DNA of 63,514 nt, filler included, from Octopus bimaculoides (taxonomy: Eukaryota): assembly GCF_001194135.2 (NCBI RefSeq). It is 5 parts of 5 records of this genome, joined end to end, with 100 filler letters (N's around TTAATTAATTAA, not from the genome) between each part and the next. Parts side by side here need not be neighbours in the genome. Positions count along the whole stretch, not along the records: positions 1 to 14,360 come from NC_068997.1; positions 14,461 to 31,771 come from NC_068981.1; 3 more parts are not named here. The stretch is one strand, 5' to 3'. Below the pieces are notes generated by a model that saw nothing but the letters and a program-made list of their open reading frames with translations, was not told where the DNA came from and ran no database searches. The translations under genes were made by a program, and so were the position numbers. Numbering within the stretch: the first letter of the stretch is position 1; each line of letters begins with the position of its first letter. Of this stretch, positions 13,401 through 27,430 are shown piece by piece.

Positions 13401-14504
13401 AAGCCAATCATAATGAGAAGAAGTACAGGTGAAATGTCCCATTGAAAACATAAATATATAGAGATTGATGCAATGTGGAAATGAATTAAAGCCTGGTACA
13501 AATGAATGTAACGGAGTGGATCTTAGAAAAGGACCCTTATATTAAGTAGAGTGTTAAACCAGGCAATGTATTAGGTGTGTCTTGGACAGGTTTCTACACA
13601 GTTTTCATCTCCTAAACTCCATTCAACTGAAATTTAGGAGATGAACTTCAGCGCTTTGAATTCCATCTCGTATTGGCTTTAGACATCTGAGCGATGGAGA
13701 AATCTCGAAAAATCGAGCACAAGCATTAAGCATAAGCAGAATAATTATAATTACATTTCACATCTCGTATAGAGTAGTTTTCCCCATTTGATGTTAATAA
13801 ATGTATATAAATCAATCTACAGGAGAAGACACATACCAAAATAAAGGCATAATGGGATCGAACGGGATACCTCGTGATTGACAAGCAAATGACTTAACCA
13901 TTCAACCACGACTACATCGAAATAACAAGGATATAAAAGAACATTGGGTGGATTGGAAGATTTTGCAATGTTCCTTAAAAAGACTAAGACAAACGTAATA
14001 CGGTCGTGGAAAGTAAATTAGGGGATACAAGCCAGTTCCGTCGGCGGCATTTTGCAGGTATCGATCTTGGTGTGTTTTCGAGCATTTTAAAAACCCTCGT
14101 AAAAAAAAAAAACAAAAAAAAGCAAAAACAAAGAAAGAAAATAAGAAGAAACCTACTGGCTGATATTTCCGCCTCGGATTCTTTGAAAAGAAAGATATGT
14201 TATGAATATATGAATATATTTTGTTAAGCTGAAGATTTTAATTTCCATGTTATATTAGCGGCTACATATATACATATATACACACATACACACACATGTA
14301 TATTTAAACACAGACAAATGCATACATATATACATATATGCTTACGTACCTATATATATANNNNNNNNNNNNNNNNNNNNNNNNNNNNNNNNNNNNNNNN
14401 NNNNTTAATTAATTAANNNNNNNNNNNNNNNNNNNNNNNNNNNNNNNNNNNNNNNNNNNNATAAAGTTGATGGCAATCTTGATAGAGCTCGAAACTGGGA
14501 TGCA

Positions 14505-14539
14505 ATTGTTAATGATGTTGCTGCTGCTGCTGCTCACGA

Positions 14540-14588
<49 letters not shown>

Positions 14589-14730
14589 GAAGAGGAATTG
14601 GAAAAGCAACGATCGTGTTCATGATGATGATGATGGTCAGGATAGCAACCGCCACCATCACCACCACCACCACCACCACCACCACGATGCCGGTGACTAC
14701 AACAAAACCGATAATGACGACCACGACCAC
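14505..14730. repeat. Compound trinucleotide microsatellite (GCT/GAC/GAT/CAC)
   Basis: Directly visible; explains the poly-T/poly-H/poly-R ORFs. Confidence 0.9.
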
Positions 14731-15254
14731 GACTTACAGCAACCATATTGATTAACCCCTTGTTTACAGGTTTACTGATTAAATATCCACATTAACGTAC
14801 TACCTTCTTATGTCTAACTTAAATGTCAGGTTAATACAATAATTATATTGATATATTTCCGTTTGACTTCATACATCAACATCAGCGTTATCGAACTTCG
14901 TCAAGGACGCACAACAATATTATTGCTTCTTGTTAATTATGGTACGTTCTTCTCCTCGTGAGCAAGTATTTGCAATCATTTATAAATAAAAAGTATACAG
15001 TGTTTTGTTTGATCTTTCTACGTGAACAATAGGTAATACTGTAGCTAATATTTAATTTCAGTGGTTAATAAGCATTACTATCAAACGTTTTGTGTATCTT
15101 CTAAGTATAGACTGTGACATCTGATATCTTACTGGAGTATCAGATGTTGAATAATACTTATTTGATGTTATATAATTTCGGAGCAGTAATCTCAAGGAAA
15201 ATGTGCCACAGGGCTCTCCACTGAGATATCTTCAACAGAAACATTTAATGTGCA

Positions 15255-15359
<105 letters not shown>

Positions 15360-16614
15360 NNNNNNNNNNNNNNNNNNNNNNNNNNNNNNNNNNNNNNNNN
15401 NNNNNNNNNNNNNNNNNNNNNNNNNNNNNNNNNNNNNNNNNNNNNNNNNNNNNNNNNNNNNNNNNNNNNNNNNNNNNNNNNNNNNNNNNNNNNNNNNNNN
15501 NNNNNNNNNNNNNNNNNNNNNNNNNNNNNNNNNNNNNATATATATATATATATATATATAAACAGTATATGAGTATATGCATATATATGTACATGTATGT
15601 ACATACCTTCATCCACATGTACATATAGATACATAACTGGGTACATGACGTGGCAAAAGAACATGGACAAAATGATAAACAAGGTGCAACAAACAAGCAA
15701 GCCACATAGAAACATCTCCTTCATCAGCTGCCACCATTAAAACACTGGCGTTTCGAAGAAATAAGGCAGTACGCATCGTTGAAATGGTTCTTCCCACGAA
15801 CACAAATTAAATTATTTTCGTGGAGGGTAGTGGCGGACGGAAAACAAGACAGGAAAACGAAACGGTGAATAAACAATCAGGCAAAAAGGCTGTACAGCAA
15901 GACGTGAAGTGTGTATGTATTGAACGCTGTGATATATAAAATTTAAAAAAACGGAGCAAGAATGTAACGGACGACAATGAAAACATACGGACAGAAGGAC
16001 GGTACAAAGACGCACAGGAAAACCAGGACGGAACATTAGTGGATTTCTATTCATCAGTAAAGCTTCCATTAATCATTACAGTTTCGGCCTTTTACACTTG
16101 AGACTGTTCAAGATTTGGTAGGCCCCAAAAATTTTAACGAAGGGTATTAAATTTTTGAAAGGCAGCGGGCGGATATGTGCGACAACGCGGACAAAAGTAA
16201 ACCGAGAAAATGGAGATGTTACACGATTGCCACTGCAAACAACAAGAATAACAACAGGTGTCATTCGACTACAAGGACAAGTTAAGTTAAGCTGGCGTGT
16301 GAAGTAGAAGCTTTACGGCAATGAAAGAGAGGAGACAAGAAAAGGTGTAGTGCGAACGACGGTCAAACCAAGAAAGAAAGATCATTCTTGTTCGAGCACC
16401 GGTAACGTAGGAGCAACAGAGAGCGTTAGGGAGCAGAGGGATAGAAGAATTATGGAAGGAAATAGGGAGAGAGGGGGATGGAGAGAGAGGAGGAATGTAC
16501 AAGGGTGATAGCATAGGAAAGTAGAGAGATTAAAGAAAGAGAATGCTAAGAAATGTGAGTGAGGAGGGGGCGAGAAAAGGAAAAATGGAAAGAAAGAGAA
16601 TGCCAAGAAAATGC

Positions 16615-16869
16615 GAACACGCTAACACACACACACTGACAGACACATACACACTCATAGAAAATGTGACGTTGTCGATGTGGTGTTATAAAATGTCGTT
16701 TACGATAGTTGATTATAGAGAGATATAATGTAAGATTTTTGTAATGCAAATACGTAAATGAAAGTAAAGATTATTTAGTAGCCGAATGATTACAGAACCT
16801 TTTGATACTATATACGTCAAAATCGGCAACTACGTTTTCGAATGCACAAGGAACATACGCACGCACACG

Positions 16870-16925
<56 letters not shown>

Positions 16926-17228
16926 CACAAATTCTACTTTATATAAAGCAGAGTTTATGCGCGCGCGCGCGTATATACGGGTATGTCCTTTATGCATTTG
17001 AAAACTTAGTTACCGATTTTTACGTATGGGGTATCAAAAGGTTTAGTACTCTTTCGGCTACCAAATAATCTTTATTTTCATTTACGTATTTGCATTACAA
17101 AATGTTTACATTATATCTCTTTATAAGTCAACTATTGTGAACGACATTTTATAACACCACGTCTAGAACATCACATTTTCTGTATGAGTGCGTATGTGTC
17201 TGTCAGTGTGTGTGTGTGTGTGTTCGTT
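16615..17228. mobile_element. Foldback/MITE-like element with about 240-bp inverted arms around a (CA)n core
   Basis: 16615-16856 is the reverse complement of 16981-17228, e.g. GGTGTTATAAAATGTCGTT / AACGACATTTTATAACACC. Confidence 0.85.
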
Positions 17229-18449
17229 ACATACGTTAGACCGCTAACTAAGAAGTATATGTGTGTGAGTGTATGTGAGGGTGTATGTGCCTGTTAGTAT
17301 ACATACATTTTTGAGACGACTGACACACACACCACACATACATACATACATCTAAAGACAGTGAATGTATGTCTGTGTGTGTCTATCTGTCATAGTATAT
17401 GTATGTGACTGTACCGCCCAACAGTGAAACGCGCTGATTTTGAAAGAGTTTAGTTTAGTTGCAGCCTAAACTTTGAACAGACAACAACGTTCTCATTGAA
17501 GTACCATCGATTGGATTTTCATTTTCATTATAGAGAGCTGCGGTTTAAACAGCGTTAACGATTATCACTACTTATGTGCTGAAATATTATTCTAGATTTT
17601 ATAACCAACATATGAAGATTCGGATGATTTGACAGCCTCCACACCACTCGCAAATATATCTGATAAAAATATGTTATTCTGGTTATTATAGCACATACGG
17701 AAACTTGGTGAAGTAGAAAGCCTTAGCAGCTTTTTCAATATAATTACAGAACTGTTATTCCAGTCAGTAAAGTTTATATGCCAACGGAATGTGGCATGTT
17801 CCAGTCCTTATAACCAGTTTGAAGATAATGCTTTTTTAATAGTGCTACGGTCCTTATCCTATTCCTGTTATGTTGCTTTAGTAATATTAGTATTTAACGC
17901 CGAGCCAACTTTTTACTGCGTTAGGCAGTATTCATTCTACAGCCCATAACCTTACACAGTTAAAATATATAGTAAGTGATGTCAAATTAATTTATGTCTT
18001 GCGACATACATCCTTCAGCAAATATTTTAAATTAATTAACTTTCACAACAGCAATATCTTCCTTTGTACACTCTTTGTTCAGCGTTTATCTAAAAATTGT
18101 AAAATAATAAATTATTTTTGTATGAAAAATGTAATCATGTCTTCTGAATTTTCTTGCAGTTTGACTTTCTTCACTGTGACATCCACTCCTGGATTTTATA
18201 ATATTTAGTACATGTTCCAAATAAATATTGCGTTTCTATACTTTGTTACATTGGTGACGCATAGTAATTTTTGCTAAATTGGTGTTATAGTATAAGTACG
18301 CTACAGAAAGTATGTTTTGCACCTATATTGACTACATTTCATTTTGCATGAACTTCGTGTGTGTACGTTTTGCAGTTTTCAGTATCGTCAGTTCTGAGTG
18401 TCGTTCGTTAAGTCTTCAGTAAACTATAATGTAGGATATTTTACGTTGT

Positions 18450-19008
18450 TTTAATGAGCCCACATCTAATGAAGTAGCCATCCTTATGGTAAGTAATCCC
18501 CATGAAAATCGTAATATTCTCAGTTGTGCTCAAGATAACAACTTTAAACACTTTTGATTATCTCCAGTATCTTCGTATTTTGAGGGATGGACAAGATGGG
18601 TATCATTTCACTATTCCACAGATTGAACCTGCAACAGGAGAACCAGTTACAAGTTGTCGTCAAATGACTTCTATTTTTACTAACAGATGTTAAGACCAGA
18701 GCAATCCAATCAATTACACATGTATCGTGATGTATATCAGCAATACTTGGATGATATGTATGCTAAAGTTGATAGTCAGCGTCTCATCTACGTTAGAAAT
18801 AATCAGAAAAAGTTAAAGGCTAAAAATTATGTTCATCTCCAAGATGCTCGGAGGACAGATGGAGATATTCAAAACAGGGGGCAACTTATAATCATCATTC
18901 GCAGGTAGTCTGCCATATATACAAGAACGAATACAAGATGCTATGACATACGTGAGGACATATGGAAAACTAGATCTTTTTCTCACTTTCATCTGCCATC
19001 CAAAATGC
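18450..19008 (+). mobile_element. Helitron Rep/helicase N-terminal fragment (frameshifted)
   Basis: FNEPTSNEVAILM...QQYLDDMYAKVDSQRLIYVRNNQKKLKAKNYVHLQDA...IQDAMTYVRTYGKLDLFLTFIC. Confidence 0.9.
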
Positions 19009-19355
19009 CGCAGGACAACATGTCCTGCTGGCTATAACGATACACTGTCTGTGCCCGATTAGTATTTGCGAGGGAGATTTAGCACCGTCCTCTATGGGAC
19101 CGTCACATTTAGTTGGCAATTATATATATAACAGTAAAAGTATGGGGAATATTGTACGGGGATTTTTCACATTTTATGTTCAGTTATGATAGAAAGAATC
19201 TTGCATTAATCTGAGAGGTTACTCTATACTTTTGTCGAGTACAGTTTTATTATTCACAAACAGAAATATTATTGAGAGTGACTTCGAAGTTTCGGTCATC
19301 GTTGTACTATATATACATATATTATACATATGTATATATGTGTATGTACGCATGC

Positions 19356-19397
<42 letters not shown>

Positions 19398-20304
19398 NNN
19401 NNNNNNNNNNNNNNNNNNNNNNNNNNNNNNNNNNNNNNNNNNNNNNNNNNNNNNNNNNNNNNNNNNNNNNNNNNNNNNNNNNNNNNNNNNNNNNNNNNNN
19501 NNNNNNNNNNNNNNNNNNNNNNNNNNNNNNNNNNNNNNNNNNNNNNNNNNNNNNNNNNNNNNNNNNNNNNNNNNNNNNNNNNNNNNNNNNNNNNNNNNNN
19601 NNNNNNNNNNNNNNNNNNNNNNNNNNNNNNNNNNNNNNNNNNNNNNNNNNNNNNNNNNNNNNNNNNNNNNNNNNNNNNNNNNNNNNNNNNNNNNNNNNNN
19701 NNNNNNNNNNNNNNNNNNNNNNNNNNNNNNNNNNNNNNNNNNNNNNNNNNNNNNNNNNNNNNNNNNNNNNNNNNNNNNNNNNNNNNNNNNNNNNNNNNNN
19801 NNNNNNNNNNNNNNNNNNNNNNNNNNNNNNNNNNNNNNNNNNNNNNNNNNNNNNNNNNNNNNNNNNNNNNNNNNNNNNNNNNNNNNNNNNNNNNNNNNNN
19901 NNNNNNNNNNNNNNNNNNNNNNNNNNNNNNNNNNNNNNNNNNNNNNNNNNNNNNNNNNNNNNNNNNNNNNNNNNNNNNNNNNNNNNNNNNNNNNNNNNNN
20001 NNNNNNNNNNNNNNNNNNNNNNNNNNNNNNNNNNNNNNNNNNNNNNNNNNNNNNNNNNNNNNNNNNNNNNNNNNNNNNNNNNNNNNNNNNNNNNNNNNNN
20101 NNNNNNNNNNNNNNNNNNNNNNNNNNNNNNNNNNNNNNNNNNNNNNNNNNNNNNNNNNNNNNNNNNNNNNNNNNNNNNNNNNNNNNNNNNNNNNNNNNNN
20201 NNNNNNNNNNNNNNNNNNNNNNNNNNNNNNNNNNNNNNNNNNNNNNNNNNNNNNNNNNNNNNNNNNNNNNNNNNNNNNNNNNNNNNNNNNNNNNNNNNNN
20301 NNNN

Positions 20305-20351
<47 letters not shown>

Positions 20352-21120
20352 ATACGTTCGATGTTTACTGATATAATTTTATTAGGTTATTACCTAGATG
20401 TATTATCGCTTTAATGTTTTAGAAACAGATCGTTCACTCATTTATACCTACGTTTATGCTGTTCTAGATGAACACGTTGAAGACGAACAAAACTGAAAAT
20501 TTTTCAATAACTTGTCTTTTTTCTCTCTTTTTCTCCACTACTGAGGCAATGATTTTGCATGTCAGTAGCTCTAATCACACCACTTAAGTATCGAATGTAT
20601 ATTCACGCATTTCTCTTTTGTATTCAGAATGGACATTACTTTTCACGCCACACATTAGGTCTTTTTTTATATATATACATTATCCGGGCATAGATCAGAA
20701 AAAGTGAAGAACCATAGCAGAATATCCTACATACTTTTGCTGTCAAATGTAATTGCAAACACCATTCATGTAGATATTTACGAAGTCTTGTAAGTTCCTG
20801 GAAATGTAGGTCCATAATTCCGTATCAATATTTAATCGATTGAAATCAGTTCTCTACTTATTTTTATTTATGACTGATGTTTGTTTATTTAAGGCATCTA
20901 AACCACGCATATACGATTGCTCCAATACTAAATGCTCGAGTTTTGGTACCTCCATAAAGTGTAACTAATGTTTCGGAAAAAGCTCACAAAATTCACAACA
21001 GTACCAACTTCTATGTGTGCATATATGTATATATATTGATCCACATTCATAGATACACGCATACACATATTTATATATATATATAAATATATATATACAT
21101 ATATATTTAATTGTATGCGC

Positions 21121-21169
<49 letters not shown>

Positions 21170-21320
21170 TGTGTGCATACTTTTTTACTCTTTTACTCGA
21201 TTCAGCCATGCAGCCATGATCATGCTGGTGCACAACCACACACACATACACACACGCATACATAGATAGACACACATACAGACAGACAGGCAGACATATA
21301 GATAGATAGATAAACAGATC

Positions 21321-21374
<54 letters not shown>

Positions 21375-21391
21375 CAGGCAGATAGATAAAC

Positions 21392-21422
<31 letters not shown>

Positions 21423-21467
21423 TAGATAGACATACAGACAGACAGACAGTCAGACAGACAGAAAGAC

Positions 21468-21502
<35 letters not shown>

Positions 21503-21714
21503 AACATAGAGAGAGCTGTTAAAAGTATATAACTTTAATACCTTAGCGGGCTAAGAGATTTAATTGTACTGACATGAGATGTATACATAGCTAAATACAT
21601 ATACACATGCATGCATACATGTATGCATACACACGTAGATATGCATAGCTGCATATATTCGTCTGTGTGTGTGTGTGTGTGTGTGTGTTACTTACCGCAC
21701 AATGTGGCGGAAGT

Positions 21715-21844
21715 AAAGAATGCGCACACCACGCGTTTTCGGCGTAACCCTGACCCTAACCCTAACCCTAACCCTAACCCTAACCCTAACCCTAACCCTA
21801 ACCCTGACCCTAAACACCGAAAGCGGCTGGTGTGCGCATTCTTT
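21715..21844. repeat. Interstitial telomere-type (TAACCC)n array enclosed by inverted repeats
   Basis: 11 hexamers at 21745-21810 (9 TAACCC and 2 TGACCC), between AAAGAATGCGCACACCA and TGGTGTGCGCATTCTTT. Confidence 0.9.
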
Positions 21845-22895
21845 GCCTTTACCTATACATATATACGATGGGCTTCCACAGATTTTCCGTCTACCAAATT
21901 CACTCGCAAGGTATTGGTCAGTTTAGGTGAGCGGATTTGGGAGTTGGAAACTGAAGGAAGCCAGTCGTGTCCTTGTGTGTGTGTGTGTGTGTGTCAGTGT
22001 CCGCCCCACAACTGCTTCTCAACCAGTGTTGGTGCGTTTACGTCCCCGTAAGATTAGCGGTTCAGCGAAAGAGCCTGACAGAATAAGTACCAGGCTTTAA
22101 AAAAAATAATAGGGTCGATTCATTCGACTGAACTTTCTTTAAGGTGGTGCCACAGCATGGCCGCAGTCAGTGACTGACACAAGTAACAAAAAAAAAAGAT
22201 ATCCCAAATCTAATAGCAGTTTGTCTTGATCCTTAGTCACGAAATTATTGGTTCTCCATCAAGATATAGAACGTATAAAAACTTTAGTAACTCTCCTCCC
22301 TCGAAGGTAAAGTAACCACTTATACATCTATAACAAGTTATCTCCCATATAATGACGTTTAGCAACGCATAACTTGCTGAACATTGAATTACAGTGCAAC
22401 GTAAAGAGACCACCATATATTATTACATATGTCAACATTCTGGGTAGTATATTCACTATGCATAGCAGTTTCATTAAAGCCTCTCATACAATGAGATTTT
22501 ATATATTATTTATTTTATTTTATTTTGTTTTTTTGTTTGGTCTTTTTTTTTGTATTTTTCCCTCATTGAGACAGAAGACAAATACTGTAATACATGCGTG
22601 AAAAGGTGGAAGGTTTTCATTTCGTTTCATCAAGATACACTGCTATAAAAATATATATTCACTGTCTCTTTCGCATGCAAACGTTATTTAGTTATTTATT
22701 TATGTTCAGCTCAATAAATAGCATTATATAACACACACTTTATGAATACGTACATGGGTATACAGATTATTAGATAGATAGATAGACATGGGTGTATATT
22801 CACGTTTAAGGTTCAGATGGTGTATATTATTGTGTTGTTTAAAAGTTAACCGAACGTGGCGGTTTTCACCTTCCAGTTTGAAGAGAGGTTATATA

Positions 22896-23850
22896 CACAC
22901 CTGACAGAAGTAAATAAACACCCCATAAAACATCGTTTTATGTTTATTTTAACTCGAAAACATTTATGTTTTATCAATTGACATTTTTATGTTTCAGGTT
23001 TTATATGTGACTGTCATGTCACGTACAAAAGAAGCCATGGAACTGTCCGAATTTCAAAGAGGTCGTATTGTGGGCCATTCTGAAAACCTTGGGATCCTGC
23101 TTTCTACAAGAAAGGAGAATTCAACATGACATCACCCAGGTCGAGCAGGACCCTCTAACGGGACCCTTTGTTTGCTAAGTCAAATGTGCATGATAATCTT
23201 CGTTGGAAGACCTCTGACATAGCAGAACAAGTTGGTGTCAGTCCCAGAATAACTGTCAGGTTTCTCCACAAACTTGGTTCCTATGGCAGAGCAGCGAGAA
23301 AGAAGCAACTTCTTCGACCAGCCAACATCAAGCGGAGAAAAGATCGGGCCAGTGGGATGGTGGAGAAGTCATTAGCATTTTGGGACACTGTCATATTCTC
23401 TTTTTAGTCCAGATTTACTGTATTTTCTGAGAGTGCTCCAGTGTGGGTTTGGAAATTCTGTAATCAAGAATTTGACGTGAAAGGATTACAGCCAGCAATG
23501 AAATGCGACAGCTATTCTGTGATGGTCTGGGGAGAAATTTGGAGCAGTTGGTCGATCAGAGATGGTGGAGTGTGTGGGAAACATAAACTTAGATTAATGT
23601 ATCTATATTGCAGAAAGGACTCCTTCCAATCTTCTCCAGTAATAAAATGATTAAAGACAATTTTATATTAATGGAAGATGGGCTCCTTGTCACACGGCTA
23701 AAACGACCCAAGATTGGTTGGATGAGAATGGCATTAAAAAACGTCCATGGCCGAGTTAGTCACCAGATATGATCTCTATTGAACACCTCCGGGACATAAT
23801 GGACAGGACACTGCATAAAAAGAAAATGAAAGCACCCGCATCAGCCGTTA
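22896..23850 (+). mobile_element. Decayed Tc1-like transposon
   Basis: TA-CACACCTGACAGAAGT left end; ELSEFQRGRIVG, GRAARKKQLL, VMVWGEI, DG.PCHTAK and WPS.SPDM.SIEHL motifs with stops and frameshifts. Confidence 0.85.
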
Positions 23851-24047
23851 GCTGTGTGGACAGTATATCCTTCAAAACTTCCGTGTTTCCTCAAATCCGC
23901 CAACAGTTTACCTGATGGTTTCCTTTTTTTAGCTGTAGTGCACCTGAGCAATGTATACAACAATTCCTTTCATATAGTTCTATATTTAAGAGATGAGCAA
24001 TTACGTACATTATTTACATTATTTACAAACCACCACTAGAAGAGATT

Positions 24048-24392
24048 ATGACCAAAAACTGTGTGTACTTCATCCCATGCAGCTGTGGTAGGTTATACAA
24101 AAGCGAAACATGTCGCCCCCTCAAAATAAGTGTAGACAAACATCGCAAAGCTGTGACACGAGGAGATATTGATATATCGGGTATAGCTGATCATGTATGG
24201 AAAACTGGAGACCACCTTCCCCTGTGTGATGAAGTTAAAATGATAGACAGAGAACACCACTGGAAAATACGGAAACTAAAAGATGCAGCACATATACTAG
24301 GACACAACAACCTCCTAAGCAGACCGATTTCAGATATGAATAGCATTTGGGAACCGGTATTAAGTAGGGATAACAGAATATTAGATTTATAA
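24048..24392 (+). mobile_element. Penelope-like element GIY-YIG endonuclease fragment
   Basis: CVYFIPCSCGRLYKSETCRPLK...HRKAVTRGDIDISGIADHVW...REHHWKIRKLKDAAHI. Confidence 0.85.
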
Positions 24393-24418
24393 GCCCTAAA
24401 TCCACTCCATAATTTCCC

Positions 24419-24525
24419 ACGGGCATATGGCGTAGTGGTTAAGAGCGCGGGCTACTAACCCCAAGATTCCGAGTTCGATTCCAGGCAGTGACCTTAATAA
24501 TAATAATAACAACATTGAAAAAATA
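24419..24525 (+). mobile_element. Short tRNA-derived SINE with (TAA)n tail
   Basis: TGGCGTAGTGGTTAAG A-box and GAGTTCGATTCC B-box, then CTTAATAATAATAATAAC. No proper acceptor stem. Confidence 0.7.
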
Positions 24526-26034
24526 TATCAGTGCATGTGTGTGTCTGTGCGTGTGTGTGTGTGCGTGTGTGTAATTGAAGAAATTAGAGTCAAGAAGGAG
24601 TACGGTTAGACATTTATTTATTATTCGTTACAATTGTTTCGACGTTACGTAGTTCTCCAAGAGCACAGGTATTTGATTACGCAACTGTTTGCATATAAAG
24701 TGCAATGAAGATCCAATAGCGAGGGATTATCAATCCGGGCAAAATACTTTATAAGCTCTCTCTGGGCACACACGGCTTACAATATTACTTAGATTAGTGA
24801 AGAATTCCAAGTAATCGTTTGATAGAGTCTCAAGTTATGGTTCATCACAATTTTTTTTTTTTTTCATTTTATCTAGTTTCAGCTCATGAGCTGTGGCCAT
24901 GCTGGGGCACCGCCATTAATTCTATATTTTAAATCAGATAAACTGTTTTTTACAGAGTGATATATAAGAGTCGAGTTAAGAATAATGGTTATTACATAGA
25001 GTTTCTTTATCAGAGCAACTTTGGCTTACAGCTGTTTCTTTTTCTCATTGTAGATAGGTTCACTCAATTGATCGGTTGAAGTAAATTGAAGGACCTTTGG
25101 GTAATATATGTGTGTGTGTGTTTGTGTGTATGTGTGTGTGTGTATACATTTATTAAAGCTGCAAAATGATCACAAGTCTGCTATTGAGAGTTTCGTGTTC
25201 GTATTTGTTGGACAGTTGTGATAAAAACTGAATTAAAATTGTGATAGTACATGTAATATAGTGTGATGCAATATAGTTCTAATACACGAATAGGCATTTA
25301 AATTTGATCGGGTTGTAGGTTTTCAAACCATAACGGTGTAATATTCCTTGCGAGGTAGGTGTTGGGGTGAGGCATGAAAAATTACCGGTAAGGTACAAAT
25401 ACAAATTTTATAAGATCGAAAAATAAATGTGCTAAGAACGGGAGGAAAATATTTAATTAATTAATTAATTAATTAATTAATTAATTAATTGGTAATAATT
25501 CATTAATAGTAACGAGGGATTTTAAGACGGGTGTTAAAAAAGATAACGATAAGTGATATTCTATAACGAATGTACTGTGTTCAAGTAAATATACACAGAT
25601 ATGAACATAGAGACTATGTGATTACATACATACATTGCCATATGTAAAATACACACAGTCATAACATTATGCCTACATACAAATATATAGAAACGTCTAC
25701 GCATACATACATACATATATGTAAACGCATACAAATACATATATTTATGTGCATATGCGTATACATGCTTCAGCGTTGCATATGCATACGTATAAATACG
25801 CAAGCTTAAGAAAAGAACAATGTAAAAGAAAATGAAAGGAAAGTGGAAGAGAGAAAGAAGAAAGAAAGGAAAACAGAAAGAAGACAGGACGAAGAAAGTG
25901 AGGTGAGGAACAGGAAAAAAGGCATTAATGGCAGAAGCAAGGAGAAAAAAGAAAGGAAGAATGTGACAATGGGAGGCTGGATGTTTACGAACGATGTTTC
26001 AATGGATCTGTATGAAATTGGTCTTTGATATTGA

Positions 26035-26283
26035 GGGACGTAGAATGAGAGAATGGTTTGATCGTGATGAAGCACCCAAACATTTCCCGAAACCCAAGTT
26101 GCATCAGCTGAAGATTATGGCGACTGTCAGCTGGTCTGCTAATGGTGTCGCCCATTCCACCTTCCTGGAAGCTAACCAATGCATTACATCAGAAGTTTAC
26201 TGTAAGCAACCGGAAGAAATGCATGTTCACTTGAGCAAAATGAGACCTGCACTTGTTAATCGACGTGGTCCAAATCTGCTCCA
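26035..26283 (+). mobile_element. Mariner (DD34D) transposase fragment
   Basis: EWFDRDEAPKHFPKPKLHQLKIMATVSWSANGV...RPALVNRRGPNLLH. Confidence 0.85.
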
Positions 26284-27333
26284 TGTATGTATGTATGTAT
26301 GTATGTATGTATGTATGTATGTATGTATGTATGAATAGTATGTATGTACAAATGCAAGTTTGTATGTTTGTGCGTGTATATATGAATGTATATATGTATG
26401 AATGTGCAAATGTATATACGTATGAATATATGTATGTATTTATGTATATATAAGAGTTAATCTTACTTTCTCATTTGTTTAATATAAGTCTAGAGACGGA
26501 GAACAGAGAGAGCATATCATTGATGAGGCCATGAATGGCAACGAAAGGACTTTGACAAACTCAGCTGAGTGATTGATTAACCAAGTGATTGATCTAACAA
26601 TAATAATAATAATAGAATGAGAATAGAACCGGTGCGTGTGATTACTATTGGCATAATGACCCTCCCGAGAAACCACAAAATATGTTTCAACACACGAGTA
26701 TACATCAAGAGTTTTGGAAAACAAATATAAACATGAAATAAAGTCTATAAGTTGAGCACCAAGAAGATGGCGAATCTTCAGAAATACAACTCGTACATTC
26801 TTGTACTATTCTATAACAAAGAACAGTAACTATTTCGCAATAACAAATTCGTTTTTCATACTATATTTTACTTACTTTCGCACATATCAATGGTTTGGTA
26901 GGATTGTTACACAACAGTCTGGTTTACTGACTTACATAACGTTCTGAAACTTTGTATAACTTCTGCAGAATCAGAAAAGACCATTTATTTCATAAGCGAA
27001 AATAAAAGGACAGCGATTAAGTAATAAAATAAAAAAAGATATGAGATATATTTCAGCTATAACTATTGTTATTCTTTCGTCTTTCAGGCAAATTCAATGG
27101 CCATAGGACAGCCATTCCTTTGTTGCTTCAAAGAAGGATCGTCAGCATATAAGTCCACGAAATGAGCATAGAAAAATACTATAAAACGATACTTGTGGTG
27201 AAGAGAGAACATCGAAGTTAGGAAATAGATGTTTAGAGATGGAAATAGCTCTTAAAAAATCATAATCAGTTCAGTTACATCTCTGTGTGTACGTGTGTGT
27301 CTATGTGTGTATGTGTGTGTGTGTGTGTGTATG

Positions 27334-27430
<97 letters not shown>

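Noticed and set aside
13240-13440. Coding-looking segment (MTSFHALALL... on minus; TIFNKVKTVRHDV... on plus), considered as a TIMP or other nested exon
   Set aside because: No CxC/HPQ or other recognisable motif, stops on the plus strand, and truncated by a gap.
14405-14416. TTAATTAATTAA islands inside N runs (also 31816, 55031, 60414)
   Set aside because: An identical 12-mer centred in four gaps, with stops in all frames, is a scaffolding spacer and not biology.
15720-16560. Purine-rich unique stretch, possible LINE endonuclease remnant
   Set aside because: Motif similarity is too weak to call by eye.
19010-19028. Perfect hairpin GCAGGACA-aca-TGTCCTGC right after the Helitron fragment
   Set aside because: It is not followed by CTRR at the expected distance, so it cannot be called a Helitron end.
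19232-20414. Long ORFs in the track made of X or YI/CV/HT repeats
   Set aside because: These are artefacts of N gaps and microsatellites.
24419-24495. Possible tRNA gene (and other tRNA-like heads)
   Set aside because: A and B boxes are present but there is no closed cloverleaf, and they continue into SINE bodies or tails.
24625-24666. Minus-strand GAAACAATTGTA palindromic helix III, hammerhead-like (similar relic at 46990-47006)
   Set aside because: The CUGANGA core is not recognisable; at best a dead Penelope-repeat relic.
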